A DNA stretch of 63,222 bases, the filler included, from Thraustochytrium aureum (taxonomy: Eukaryota): NCBI GenBank assembly GCA_012862495.1. It is 6 parts of 4 records of this genome, joined end to end, with 100 filler letters (N's around TTAATTAATTAA, not from the genome) between each part and the next. Parts side by side here need not be neighbours in the genome. Positions count along the whole stretch, not along the records: positions 1 to 15,527 come from BLSG01000055.1; 5 more parts are not named here. The stretch is one strand, 5' to 3'. A model generated the notes under the pieces. That model did no database searches. It worked only from the letters and a program-made list of their open reading frames with translations, and had not been told where the DNA came from. Made by a program: the position numbers and the translations under genes. Below are positions 1 to 10,900 of this stretch, piece after piece (within the stretch, counting starts at the first letter, position 1; every line of letters starts with the position of its first letter).

Positions 1-1
1 G

Positions 2-1021
2 CAGGAGCTCCGGCGGCTCGAGGGACACATCGGTTCCGTCGACGCCGTGGCCCTCTCGGCTGACGGCGACCGCATCGTTTCGGGGAGCGACGACAGGACC
101 GTCCGCATCTGGGATACAAACATTAGCAAGGCGCAAGACCTCCCCTGGCTATGCCCAGATGTCAAGGCCATCTCGAGGGATGGGTCATGCATCGCTTTGG
201 CAGGAAACTCCTACACCGTGCAGATATTGGATGCCAAGACTTGTCAGGTTTTCCGGCGGCTCGAGGGACACACCGGTAGGGTCTTGGCGGTCGCCTTCTC
301 GCTTGACGACGAGCGGATCGTGTCGGGGAGCTACGACAATTCTGTTCGCATCTGGGACGCGAAATCGGGCCAGGAGCTCCAGCGGCTCGAGGGGCACACT
401 TGGTGTGTCGATGCCGTAGACTTCTCGCGCGGCGGTGACCGCATCGTTTCGGGGAGCTGGGATACTACTCTCCGTATCTGGGACGCGAAATCGGGGCAGG
501 AGCTCCGGCGGCTCCAGGGACACACCGGTTGTGTCGATGCCGTGGCATTCTCGCGCGACGGCAACCGCATCGTTTCGTTGAGCGAAGACAAAACTATTAG
601 AGTCTGGGACGCCACGACAGGGCAGGAGCTACGGCGCCTCGAAGGTCCCACTAATTGTGATCGTGTATACGTTGCGGCCCTTTCGCTGGACGGTGACTGC
701 GTGGTTTCCCTTACCTGTGATGAGTCACATTCGTCGGTTAGCCGTGAATCAGTTGGTTGGGAATTTCGCGTTTGGTCGGTAGCGAAGGGCGAGTTGGTGG
801 ACGACACGGACGCCATTGCTCTGGCGTGGAGGGAGTCGCGAATGCCGGCGCTGACGAACGGCGCAAGCACGGTTTCGGTCTTTAGCGAGACGCGAGAAAT
901 GCCATCGGTGGGCTTCACGTGCGACTTTCCCGTGCTGGATGGCAACGCCGCAGCTGCAGCGGACGGGTCGGTCGTTGTTTTATTTGAGGGTTGCCTCTGC
1001 GTACTGGAGCTTGTTGTTTGA
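2..1021 (+). CDS. WD40-repeat protein, C-terminal part (HET-E/NACHT-WD40-like repeats); 5' truncated by the window
   Basis: The frame is open from base 2 (QELRRLEGHIGSVDAVALSADGDRIVSGSDDRTVRIWD). It has repeated 42-aa units (LEGH..V.AVAFS.DG.RIVSGS.D.T.RIWDA.SGQEL) that are near-identical at DNA level, and a stop at 1019-1021. Confidence 0.9.
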   Translation, partial: QELRRLEGHIGSVDAVALSADGDRIVSGSDDRTVRIWDTNISKAQDLPWLCPDVKAISRDGSCIALAGNSYTVQILDAKTCQVFRRLEGHTGRVLAVAFSLDDERIVSGSYDNSVRIWDAKSGQELQRLEGHTWCVDAVDFSRGGDRIVSGSWDTTLRIWDAKSGQELRRLQGHTGCVDAVAFSRDGNRIVSLSEDKTIRVWDATTGQELRRLEGPTNCDRVYVAALSLDGDCVVSLTCDESHSSVSRESVGWEFRVWSVAKGELVDDTDAIALAWRESRMPALTNGASTVSVFSETREMPSVGFTCDFPVLDGNAAAAADGSVVVLFEGCLCVLELVV

Positions 1022-1102
1022 GCCTCTCGATACAGGTGTGCTCGGTACGTTGTCAGCCGAGATGAAATCCACTTCCCTCGTGGAAAGGTAAGACTCTGTA
1101 GG

Positions 1103-1360
1103 TAGCGTAGTAACACCCAACCACATGGAGTAATCAGCGTTCTTTCTTTCACATCTCCTTTCACTTTGCTTTTGAGGTCGCACCTCCCGTCTTTTAGCGC
1201 TTCGTAGAGTTACACCCAACCAATGGAGTACATCAACATCCCTGTTGTTGCTGCCTGACCTGCTCATAGGTTTGGCAGTGCCGTTTCTTTCACTTTTCCT
1301 TTGACGTCGCGCCTCCCGTCTGTTAGCGTAGCGTAAAATAACACCCAACCACATGGAGGA
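1103..1360. repeat. Degenerate direct repeat: two ~70-bp copies plus one partial copy, separated by unique spacers
   Basis: The core TAACACCCAACCACATGGAG occurs at 1111-1130, ~1210-1228 (variant) and 1339-1358. Extended similarity TTTCACTTT..TTTGA.GTCGC.CCTCCCGTCT.TTAGCG precedes copies 2 and 3. Confidence 0.85.
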
Positions 1361-1988
1361 TCAAAACACGCAACAGCAAAGCTTGATCTTGAGCGTTGGC
1401 TTGCTTTGCCTCGTGCGATTGGGAGGCTACTCCGAAACAACAATGCTGCCCAGCACCCAGATCTCTCAGCTTTCGATCTTGGCCAGACAAGTTCGTGGTG
1501 CAATCCTTGGCTTTCTCAAGGACTCGACCCGTGAAATCGTAGTTGACTTCCTCAGGGAGTCGACAGCGTTGACCGCATGCTGTCATCCCAAGACGACCTG
1601 GCTCGCGACCATACTGGGCAGCATAGAATCACTCTAAACAGCACGCGATCATCCCAGATGAGCGCGTGCTGCAGCCAACCAGCGCACGCACAACCAGATC
1701 GACCTCGTGCCCAAGGTTCTGATGACGTTTGTGCATCGGGAGCGCATCGCGAGCACTAACGCTATTCGTCGAGTCGGAATCCACACGCACGTCCGGTGCT
1801 CGCCATCACCCGATGAACATCTTGGTCAAGCGAATGGATGCCAGCTTCCGCTTAATTTGATCTCGCCGAATCGGATGACGCGTTGCTGCTTGAGCCTTCG
1901 CGTCTATCCATCGAGCTTCGTTCCGCAATGCCAGTGGCTGGATTGACGCGCTTCCCCCCATCGGACAACAGTGCACGCGAATCTACAC

Positions 1989-4900
1989 TTATAAATCATA
2001 GTAAGCTACCGGATGCTCCTTGTATTTGTGGTTGTCGCGAAAGTCAGACTTTTTCAGGTTTTCGACATCGCCGCACAGCTCTTCCCCATAGCTACGCAGC
2101 TCCGGCATGTCACGATCTAGTACTGCATTTGCCTCCTTGTCCCACTCGCCAGTGTCCATGTCCAGGCGATTGTTGCACCACCGCACGATTTTCTCGACGG
2201 CTTCGTATTTCGGCTTCGTGTAGATAGCATACTTGTCTTTCGCTGACTTGCGAGGGTAATTGAAATGAAGGTTGGTGAGACCCCATGTGAAAACGTGATT
2301 CGCGAACATGTCCCTGAAAAGAGTCGGCTCCTGTCCTAGCGAATTCGTGAGGATGTGTTCAACTTGATACATCAAATCGTGGCGGCCCTCGATTCCTTCG
2401 TCCGACGTGAAGCGCTGTGCGTGGTCTCCTATGTCGTTACCGGTCGGCGGCCCCTCACCGACACTTAATCGCCAGTACAAACTATTCTGTTTGTACCAAT
2501 TTTTCGTCTCACGTGGCTTGACGCACCATATCAAAGCGCAGAATTTCAAATCATGGTGATCTGCAAAGCCAACGCACGTCTTGCGCGTGCTTGTCTCGTC
2601 AGCCTCATTTTCGAACCGCCGATGAGAGCCAAAGTCGTATTTGCTGAACACGTCGAAGCACGTCGGCACTCCGGTATTCACATAGTTCTTCCCCATCCCC
2701 GGGAAAAGCTGTTTAGAGTTAGAACCTGGAAAGCCGTTGAGGAAGGCGCCGAAAGACTCCGTGGATTTCCTGCCAGTGCCGCCGTCTTTTTGGGCAGTGC
2801 CGTCCTCGTTCGCACACAGCAGCTTGAGCACGTCGAAGTCGCTGTATTTCTCTCCCCCCTTCCCCCCACCAAAACCTTGTCGATTTTCCGACACGCGCTC
2901 ACTCTTTTTCCAATCCAGGATCGGATAGGTCTGGGCCAGCACGCAGTAGCCAAACGTGTCACGTCGGTGGTGGAGGTGACGATACACTGGGTCCTCCTTG
3001 GGGAACTGATAGGGTATCGTAAAGCCAGGCATGAATTCGCTCGGCAGGAGAGGGGGGCCCATGAAGAATTCATAAACACGACGCCCGAGTTTCGCAATTT
3101 TTTGGATTGCTCCTTCTGCTTCGTTAGCCACTTCCCGGGGCCGCTTTCCATTTCCATTGGTGGTCAGCACGCGTCGCCTTGCCTTCTTGGAGGCAGGGGC
3201 CTTGAGGCACAATGTGGTGCCAGGACAGAGTTCCTTGCATAGGCCACCCTCCGCCTTGTTCTTGACCTTGAAGGCCTTGTGCACTGCGTCGACGTCTGCG
3301 AGGGTGTGGAGGTACGCGAACAGCTGCATGAAGAACTGCGGGTCTGAGTTGAGCCCCCTTGGACGATACTCGAGAGCGTCTGCCGACATGCCCCATTCTT
3401 TTGACTTGGGCTGGATGTTTTCGAGTTCAGCTCCGTTGAAGAGGCCGCCGTTGTCACTGATCCCGTACCAGCANNNNNNNNNNNNNNNNNNNNNNNNNNN
3501 NNNNNNNNNNNNNNNNNNNNNNNNNNNNNNNNNNNNNNNNNNNNNNNNNNNNNNNNNNNNNNNNNNNNNNNNNNNNNNNNNNNNNNNNNNNNNNNNNNNN
3601 NNNNNNNNNNNNNNNNNNNNNNNNNNNNNNNNNNNNNNNNNNNNNNNNNNNCGAAACGGGAGCCTCGAGGGTGTCCGTGGGAGCCTTGTCGTTCGCCGTG
3701 GGTTGGTTGCTGCGCACGGGAATGATATGCAAAGCTCTAAACACGTCCTTCCTCTCCAGCGACCGGCGTCGAGCAACCGTGCGCATCTTGACTCTGATAA
3801 GCGCGCTGTCCTTGTCTTCTTTGTCTGGAGCCCAACCTTCGAACGACACCATCTTGTTCAAAGCACGCAAGGCTTTGTTCCTGTTTCGCTTCCTCTCGTC
3901 CGGCGACCCCTTCTTCGTCGAACCCTTCTTTGTCGACCCCGAGTCTGGGTCGACATCGACAACCTCAGGTTTCTGCATGCGGCTTGCGGCGGCTTGAAAG
4001 GACGAGCCATAGTAGATGGAGAGGCTCCTAAACCCATCGCGTCGTCGAAGGTCTCGGCGTCCTGCGGTCGCGCTTTGCAGGCTAGTTGCTGACGCGGGCT
4101 CGTCGCGGGCGCGTTCGGCGCCTGGCGTTGCTGGAAGGTCGGGTTCGCTGGAGGCTGGCTCGTCGTCGTCGTTGTCGCGGGCATTCGGCCGCGGGGCCCG
4201 TGGTCGCCTTCGCCGCTCTCCCCTTCACCCTCCTCGACCTCTTCGTCGCTGAGGAGCGAGCCAAAATCGCAGCTTTCGAGGACTTGGTCCGGGACCAGGT
4301 TGGAGATGTTGGGGAGGAGCTCGTCGAGCTTGGCCTGGGGCGCGCGGAGCTTGGCGAACGCCTCGTCGTAGGTGGCACTAAACGCAGCGGCGGCCGCGTC
4401 GAGGTCTTGAACGAAGGCGTCGACGCTGAGCGCGTCGATGTCGGGAACCTCGAACAAGGCGGGCTGGGGCAGCATGTCGGAGATGGCGTTGATGATGGGC
4501 CCTGCCAAAGTCTCGATCATGAACATGAAGGGCGTGAGGATGTCGAAGAGAATGAGGATGGAGAAGTCGGGGAGAGGCGGCAGGCTGATAACGAGGTTGG
4601 GCATGTCGGCGAGGATGGCAAAGGGCCTGAGCGCCAGGTTGACGTCCACCGCGGCGTCCTGAAGCGCGCGGAGCTTGTCGCCAAAGGCGTCGACTTGCGG
4701 CTGGATGGTTGCGACGGGGTTGAAGCCGTCGACCCCGCCGAGCGCCTTGTCGAGTGCCACATAGGCCGCCTCGGTAGTGTCGAGGGCCTCGTTGATGGCA
4801 AGGACGCCCTCGTTGGCCTGTTGTGCGACCGCGCACTGTTGCGCGGTGAGGAGGACGGTAGCGACAAAGGCGAGGATGCCAGGGATGGCGACGAGGACGC

Positions 4901-7900
4901 CGGAGGCCGCGAGCAGGAGGCCGTCGAGCTTGCCGAGGGCGTCGAGAGCCTTGTCCACCGCTTTGGAGACCTTGCGGAGCTTTCCCGGGATGCGCTTGAG
5001 GCGTCTGTGCGCGCCGCGCAAAAAGGTCCCCACCTTGTTGACTAAAGCGCTCAACACCTCGCCGAAGACGGGCACGCTGTCCAAGCTCTTTCCGGCCGGG
5101 ACGGCGGCGACCCCAATCGCCAAAGCGGTCGCCGACGCCTCCTCGCTGGCGCTCTCCGCGGTCGAGAGCGCCGATGAGATGAGCCCCAGCCCCAGCAGAA
5201 CGGCGCCAGTTCCAAGACTCGCTTTGCTCAGCGCCGCCGCGACCGCCAACGCCTTGCGCCGCAACCTCGACATTGCCAGGTACATGGGCATTCCGCGCCG
5301 CCCCTCCGGGCTGTTGATCCAGTCGCGCGCCTCTAGCTCTTTGCCCGGCAGCAGCGCGTCCGGATCGAGCGTTTTGCGACGTGCCACTGGAAACGGGCGC
5401 ACAACCGCCGAGTTGAACTTGTATAGCTTGGGCGCAACGAAGCAGGTCACCTTGTGCTTGCACTTCTTAATGCAGCGAAAGTCGTCGCACTCATTGAAGC
5501 AATTGCCGCAACTCTCCAAGTCGCCTGACGCGGCCTTGCCGTATTGCTGCCGGCAAAACGACTCGTACGGGTAAAACCTGTCATTGTCGAACAGGCACTG
5601 CCCTTCCCACAAGACGGCGCGGTCATAGACGGGCCCAGCAGCGAGATTCCGGCCGGCCCCGCTCACGGTTGAGTTAGCAGGAACCTGAAAGCGGATGGGC
5701 GGCATCGTGCGGAACGTCGGTCGTGGTGCGGGGCGAGGAGTTGGGACCGGGCGAGGCGTGGGCCGCGGCGTGGGCCGAGGCGTGGGCGGCACCAGGTCGA
5801 GGCACCAGCACGTGGCCGGCCCGGGGCCCTCGAAAACCTGAATCACTCGGTAGTCGTGTGGTGGCTTCAAGTTCCACGACCCCCAACAGTGCGCGTTGCA
5901 CTGCTCACGCGCTGAGCCAGCGAACCGCCCCAAAGTCCGAAAAACCTCGATGCCGCCACGCTGCTCGCCGAGACCGCTTGCTCCGTGTATGGTGTTTGAA
6001 CCCCGCATGAGGGCTGTGCGTCGTTCAAGCCGCCGAGAAGGGAGCAAGACTTGCCCGACATGCGCTTGGCCCCAGCATCCGGGGCGAACGAAATGGCCTC
6101 GCACTTGGAATGCTGCAGGCACAGCTCTTGGCAAAGCCGCTCGCTGCTCACCTGGTACTCGGCCAGCACCGTCGCTGTGGCCCAGAGTCCGTCGCTGGAG
6201 CCGTCTCGCTGCACGCACCACGTCGCCGTTCGATTGCTGTCATGAAACGCCACCTGCACGTGCGGTTGCAGGAGGCGGNNNNNNNNNNNNNNNNNNNNNN
6301 NNNNNNNNNNNNNNNNNNNNNNNNNNNNNNNNNNNNNNNNNNNNNNNNNNNNNNNNNNNNNNNNNNNNNNNNNNNNNNNNNNNNNNNNNNNNNNNNNNNN
6401 NNNNNNNNNNNNNNNNNNNNNNNNNNNNNNNNNNNNNNNNNNNNNNNNNNNNNNNNNNNNNNNNNNNNNNNNNNNNNNNNNNNNNNNNNNNNNNNNNNNN
6501 NNNNNNNCTGTTGCTTTCAGTGCACTCCACAGGCGCATCGCCACGAACGCACTTGCGCTCCGAGGGATAGTACACGGAGAGGTTGCACTTGTCTTCGGTC
6601 TCACACTCTCGCCGGCACTGCGCCTCCGACACACCCGCGCTCGATTTTGACGTGGAAAAGCACAGCTCGTCGGCGCGGGAAACGCGGTGCATCTTGTGGC
6701 CGGCGTCGGCCCACTGCCGGTAAGCTCACGTACTTGTGCGAGTGGGGGCACTCATCCACGGCCGTGCGCGACGTGGATTTGTGCAACACGCAACGCATAT
6801 TGACGGGGTCGAAAGAGATCGCCTTGCAGATCGCCACAGAGCGTTGCACGCGGCCATGCATGCATTTAGCGAGGTGCCACCCATCTCGAGGAAGACCCCG
6901 TCGAGGCATCGATCGTCGCCCTCGCTCAGGCTGGTAAACGAGTGGCGCTCTTCTCGAAAATAAGACTCGCCCGCACTGGCAATCCGGTTTTTGCATCCGT
7001 CGTGCGCTTCGAAGAGCGAGCAGATGAGCCGGCCATGAATTCGATGGCGCGGCATGCCGGCAGCGCGCCGCACACCGCCGCACAGGCCTCAACGGAGCGC
7101 ACTGGCGCCGTCGCAAGCAGGCCCTGCGGGCAGCGACCTTTTCTGGAGCCACGAGGCGCTCGGGCTCAACAAGGATGTGCAATGTGCCAAAGCACGACCC
7201 GCCCCACTGCGCGTCGACGCTGTCGTGAAGCAGGCAGCCCCCCTGGTCACTATACGTGAACGCGCGGCATGACTCGTCTGCGGCGCACAGGTTCTCGCAC
7301 TCGTTCACGTCGCCGGCTGGGAGGGGGTCCGGAGACGGCGGGAGGGAGACCTGGAACGTGTACACGTCCTGCGCTTGGGTAACCTCGGCCACGTCTGCGC
7401 CATCGACAAGGATCCGCGCCCCGAGCAGGCGCTGTGCGAGCCCGCCCTGCCTGTTGAATATACGAACCGATCGCACGTCGGCGAGGTTGGCCAGGGTAAG
7501 TCGGCGGCCCACCAGTGGTCCGATCCATCGTGGGGATAATACGTATGCATGATCTGGTCGTACTTGCCGTCTACCGCCAAAGCTGCGCCGCGCCCGTTGT
7601 GCGATGAGCTCTGCCGTTCGTTGGAGAGTGCGACGACCTTGACGCCGTCGGCCCCAAGAAGCTCGACCTCGCGCAAGTGGAGATGGCAGTCAGTTTTCTT
7701 GTGGCAGGGGAGCACGACCTTGACCGAGTGCAGTGGCACATCGGTGGTGCACGCACCGGGCACTGGGGCGAAGAGCGGCATTGCCAGCACAGGGGAGGCC
7801 TCCAGAAGAGATGAAAGCTACTTGCCCGTCGGAGCAATCTCTGCGCACCAGATCGAGGCCACGGAGCAGATTGCAATCGCCTGCATCAACGTCGTACAAC

Positions 7901-10900
7901 ACGCTCTGGCACTCGCGCTGCTGCCCGCACCGCGCCTGGCAAGCCTGGGCAGAAACGTGAGCGAAAGACGCAAGCTTGCCACGAGAGGAGAGACAGACCT
8001 TTGGCGGCAGCTGGACCATGTCGTGCGCCGCCTCGGCGACATGCACGGTGAGCGTGCCATCGCGGCACGTCTCGTTTACAGCCGAGAAAAACACGCATTT
8101 GTCCGTCTCGTGGTGCAGCGCAAACCCAGCGCAGCGCAGCATTGCCTCACAGACCGCGGCGCAGTCCGCTTCGTCCTGGGCCACGATCGAGAGCCCTGGC
8201 GTGGCTGGAGCGCCGGGATCGCAGAGCCCCTCGACTGGGACGTAGGCGCGCTGTCCCGCGGCGATGGCGTCCGGCGCTTTGGAGCGAAACGCCGAGGTCG
8301 CCAAGTAGACCGGGCCGGGCAACTGGGGCGACGACGCGCTCGAGCTGCTGCCCAGGCCAAGCCCCTCCCAAAGCGTGCACAGCCCCGCCCCGTGGCTCCA
8401 CGCCCCGCACTCGACCACGGCTGTGCAGAGGGCCTCGCACCCCACCAAGCCGGCCTCGCCATCCTCCAGTAGTGTGTGGAAGGGCCGCGCGTGCGGACCG
8501 CCGACGAGAACGTAGCGCTCGGCGCCAGCGGGTCGGCTCGGTGCTGCGTGTGTTTCTATGAACAGGTCGCTTGCGGAAAAGTTGGCGACCCAGCCGTCGC
8601 TCGTTTCGCGAACGCAAGCCAAGTCCTGTTCGTCGAACGCAAATCGAGAGCACGCATGGTCAAAGGCGCAGAGTAAGCGGCACTCGGCGAAGGAGCTGTT
8701 TGCGGACGCTTTTACGGTAAGGGTCACGTTGTCGGCGCTTCCGCTCTCCGGCCCGAGCTCGCTATCCGTGCTCGTGTCGAAATCCCTGGTCTCAATGGCC
8801 AAAAACACCAGGATAGCCCCGCCATCACAGGCAGCCAGCTCCGGTACAGGCGACAGAACGCATTCGCCAAAGCGAACCATCCCTGCCAGGCACGTCGGCG
8901 TTGCAGCACAGCGCTTGGCGCACCAAATGGCCAAGCCAGACTCGGGCACTTGAGCGTCTGCCGAGAGCACTTGGCCGCCAACGAGACAAAGGCGCGCGCT
9001 GGGGGGCAACTCGTGAAAGCGGCGGTGCGGGAACAGGGCCGCAGAGGATCCGTACGGAAGAACGAGCTTTGCGGAGCCGCCACTGTTGCAACGTTCGTCG
9101 AACTCGAGTGGGCTGACGTCAGGGCTTATCAAGTCGCACGACCGGCTTGCCGCGCTGTACAGTACGCCCTGGCAGCTGCTCGCCATCTCGCAAAGTGCCA
9201 AACAAACGTGCTCGGAAACCACGCCCGAGATTGAGCCCGCGTCGCCGGTCCACGGGCCAGAACGGCACGCGCCAGACGCTGTAGTCGTGCCGCGGGGATC
9301 CACGCGAAGCTCAAGCACCGCACCCGGCGTTCTGCCGCTCCCCGGGCTCATGCGAGTTCCCAGCTTGCAACTACCTCGGCTGAGCTCGACCGCCCTGCAG
9401 CCCATCTTGGCGTAGGCAGAGCATAGAGCACGACATTCCTGCATGGAGGCGACGGAAAACACCGCGCGCAGCGAGCCAGTGTCGAGAGCAAAGCCGGGGG
9501 GAGGAGGCACATATCCTAGCCTGTCAGAGGCAGCCATGACCGGTTGGAGACTACCAGCTCGATCGCAACTTGAAACGTCAATATGGGAAAAGACGGTGCA
9601 CCTTGAGTAGACACCGAGCGTCTCGTTCGTGACCATGATACCTGCGCAAGTGTCGTCGACGTCGCACCGCTCCACGCACGCGCCGGGACCCTGGTCAACG
9701 CTGAACGTGGACACACCGGCGACCACCACCGAGTCGCACGCGCCGAGCGCAGTGTAGACTTTGCGCATGTCCTCAAGAACGACACCTGGTCGTGAGTCGC
9801 TGCCAACCCTCCTCCCGACGGAGCCAGAGCTGCCCAACAGGTTTACGTTGTCGCTATTCCCCGGGTCGTCGCGATCATCTTCGATCTGACCAGGTGGCAC
9901 CACGCTTCCCTGATCAGCCCGCGGCGTTGGAGCGCGGGTAGGTTTGGAAGTTGGCTTTGGGTGCTCTGAAATTATGCTGACGCGAGCGAGGGAGAGCGTC
10001 GTTAGCTTTTCAGTCATAAAGATCCCCGGGACGCGAGAGACAAAGGTGCAGCTGTCGAGGACGACGTTGTTCTCCAGACTCGAGCCAGAGATCACAGGTC
10101 GGTCGGATGCGATGAACTGGGTCTCCAGGGCGTGGAGAGAAGCGCCTGCTTGGAGGTGGACGGCCGGGCCGGTTACTTGAAGCGCGAGAAGCTGCACCTT
10201 GGCCCGTGGCCCATCGGCAAGAACTGCGGGCTGTGCGCTGCCTGCCACGGCGAGGGAGACGCCTTCCAGCACGAGATCGCCCTCGACACGGAACACTACG
10301 CCAGAAGATTGGATCACGGCGCCGCCAGAACAGGACACGTGAAGCGTGCGTCCTTGGGGCACAACGATCGTCATAATCCTGCTGGCGTCAGTCGGCCACT
10401 TGAGGTCTTGCGTCAGCTCGATTCTCCCGCTAAAGCAATTGCCGGCAGCGGCGACGAGCTCGCTCACGGACGCGGCGATACAGGTCTCCAGCGGGGGCGG
10501 GGCGCAGACTAGAGACCCATAGGCGTGGCCAAACAGCACAGAGGACTCCCCCGAGCAGGTCAGGGGCCAGATGCACTGGTCGCTCGTCGAGCACTTGCGC
10601 CCCACTCCGCATGGACTGAAACCGCTGCACTCTTCGTCGTAGCTGGGCGCAAGCAGGCGCTCGAACGGAGCGCACATGGCCGCGTCCAGCGACCACGAGA
10701 TGGTGCCATCGCCCAGCGCCAAACAAGCTCCGCCTGGGCCCAGTATAAAGCCGCTTCTGCCGTCGTGTACCGCGTCCTGCTCGTCGGCAGACCGGGCACA
10801 TAGCTGCAGCTCAACCTTGCCGTCGCCGCGATCGCGAGCGAGGCAGGCGCCATGGGCCGCCACGCGCAGCCCGGCGTCGTCCACGGTCCACTTGGTGGCT

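Noticed and set aside
1103..1360. Bona fide CRISPR array
   Set aside because: There are only ~3 degenerate repeats of unequal extent, spacer lengths are unequal, no cas genes are present, and the context is eukaryotic. It is kept only as an unexplained repeat.
1989..3978. Cas9/IscB/Fanzor-type RNA-guided nuclease
   Set aside because: Only an HNH-like motif is visible. No RuvC I/II/III motifs, bridge helix or transposon ends were recognised.
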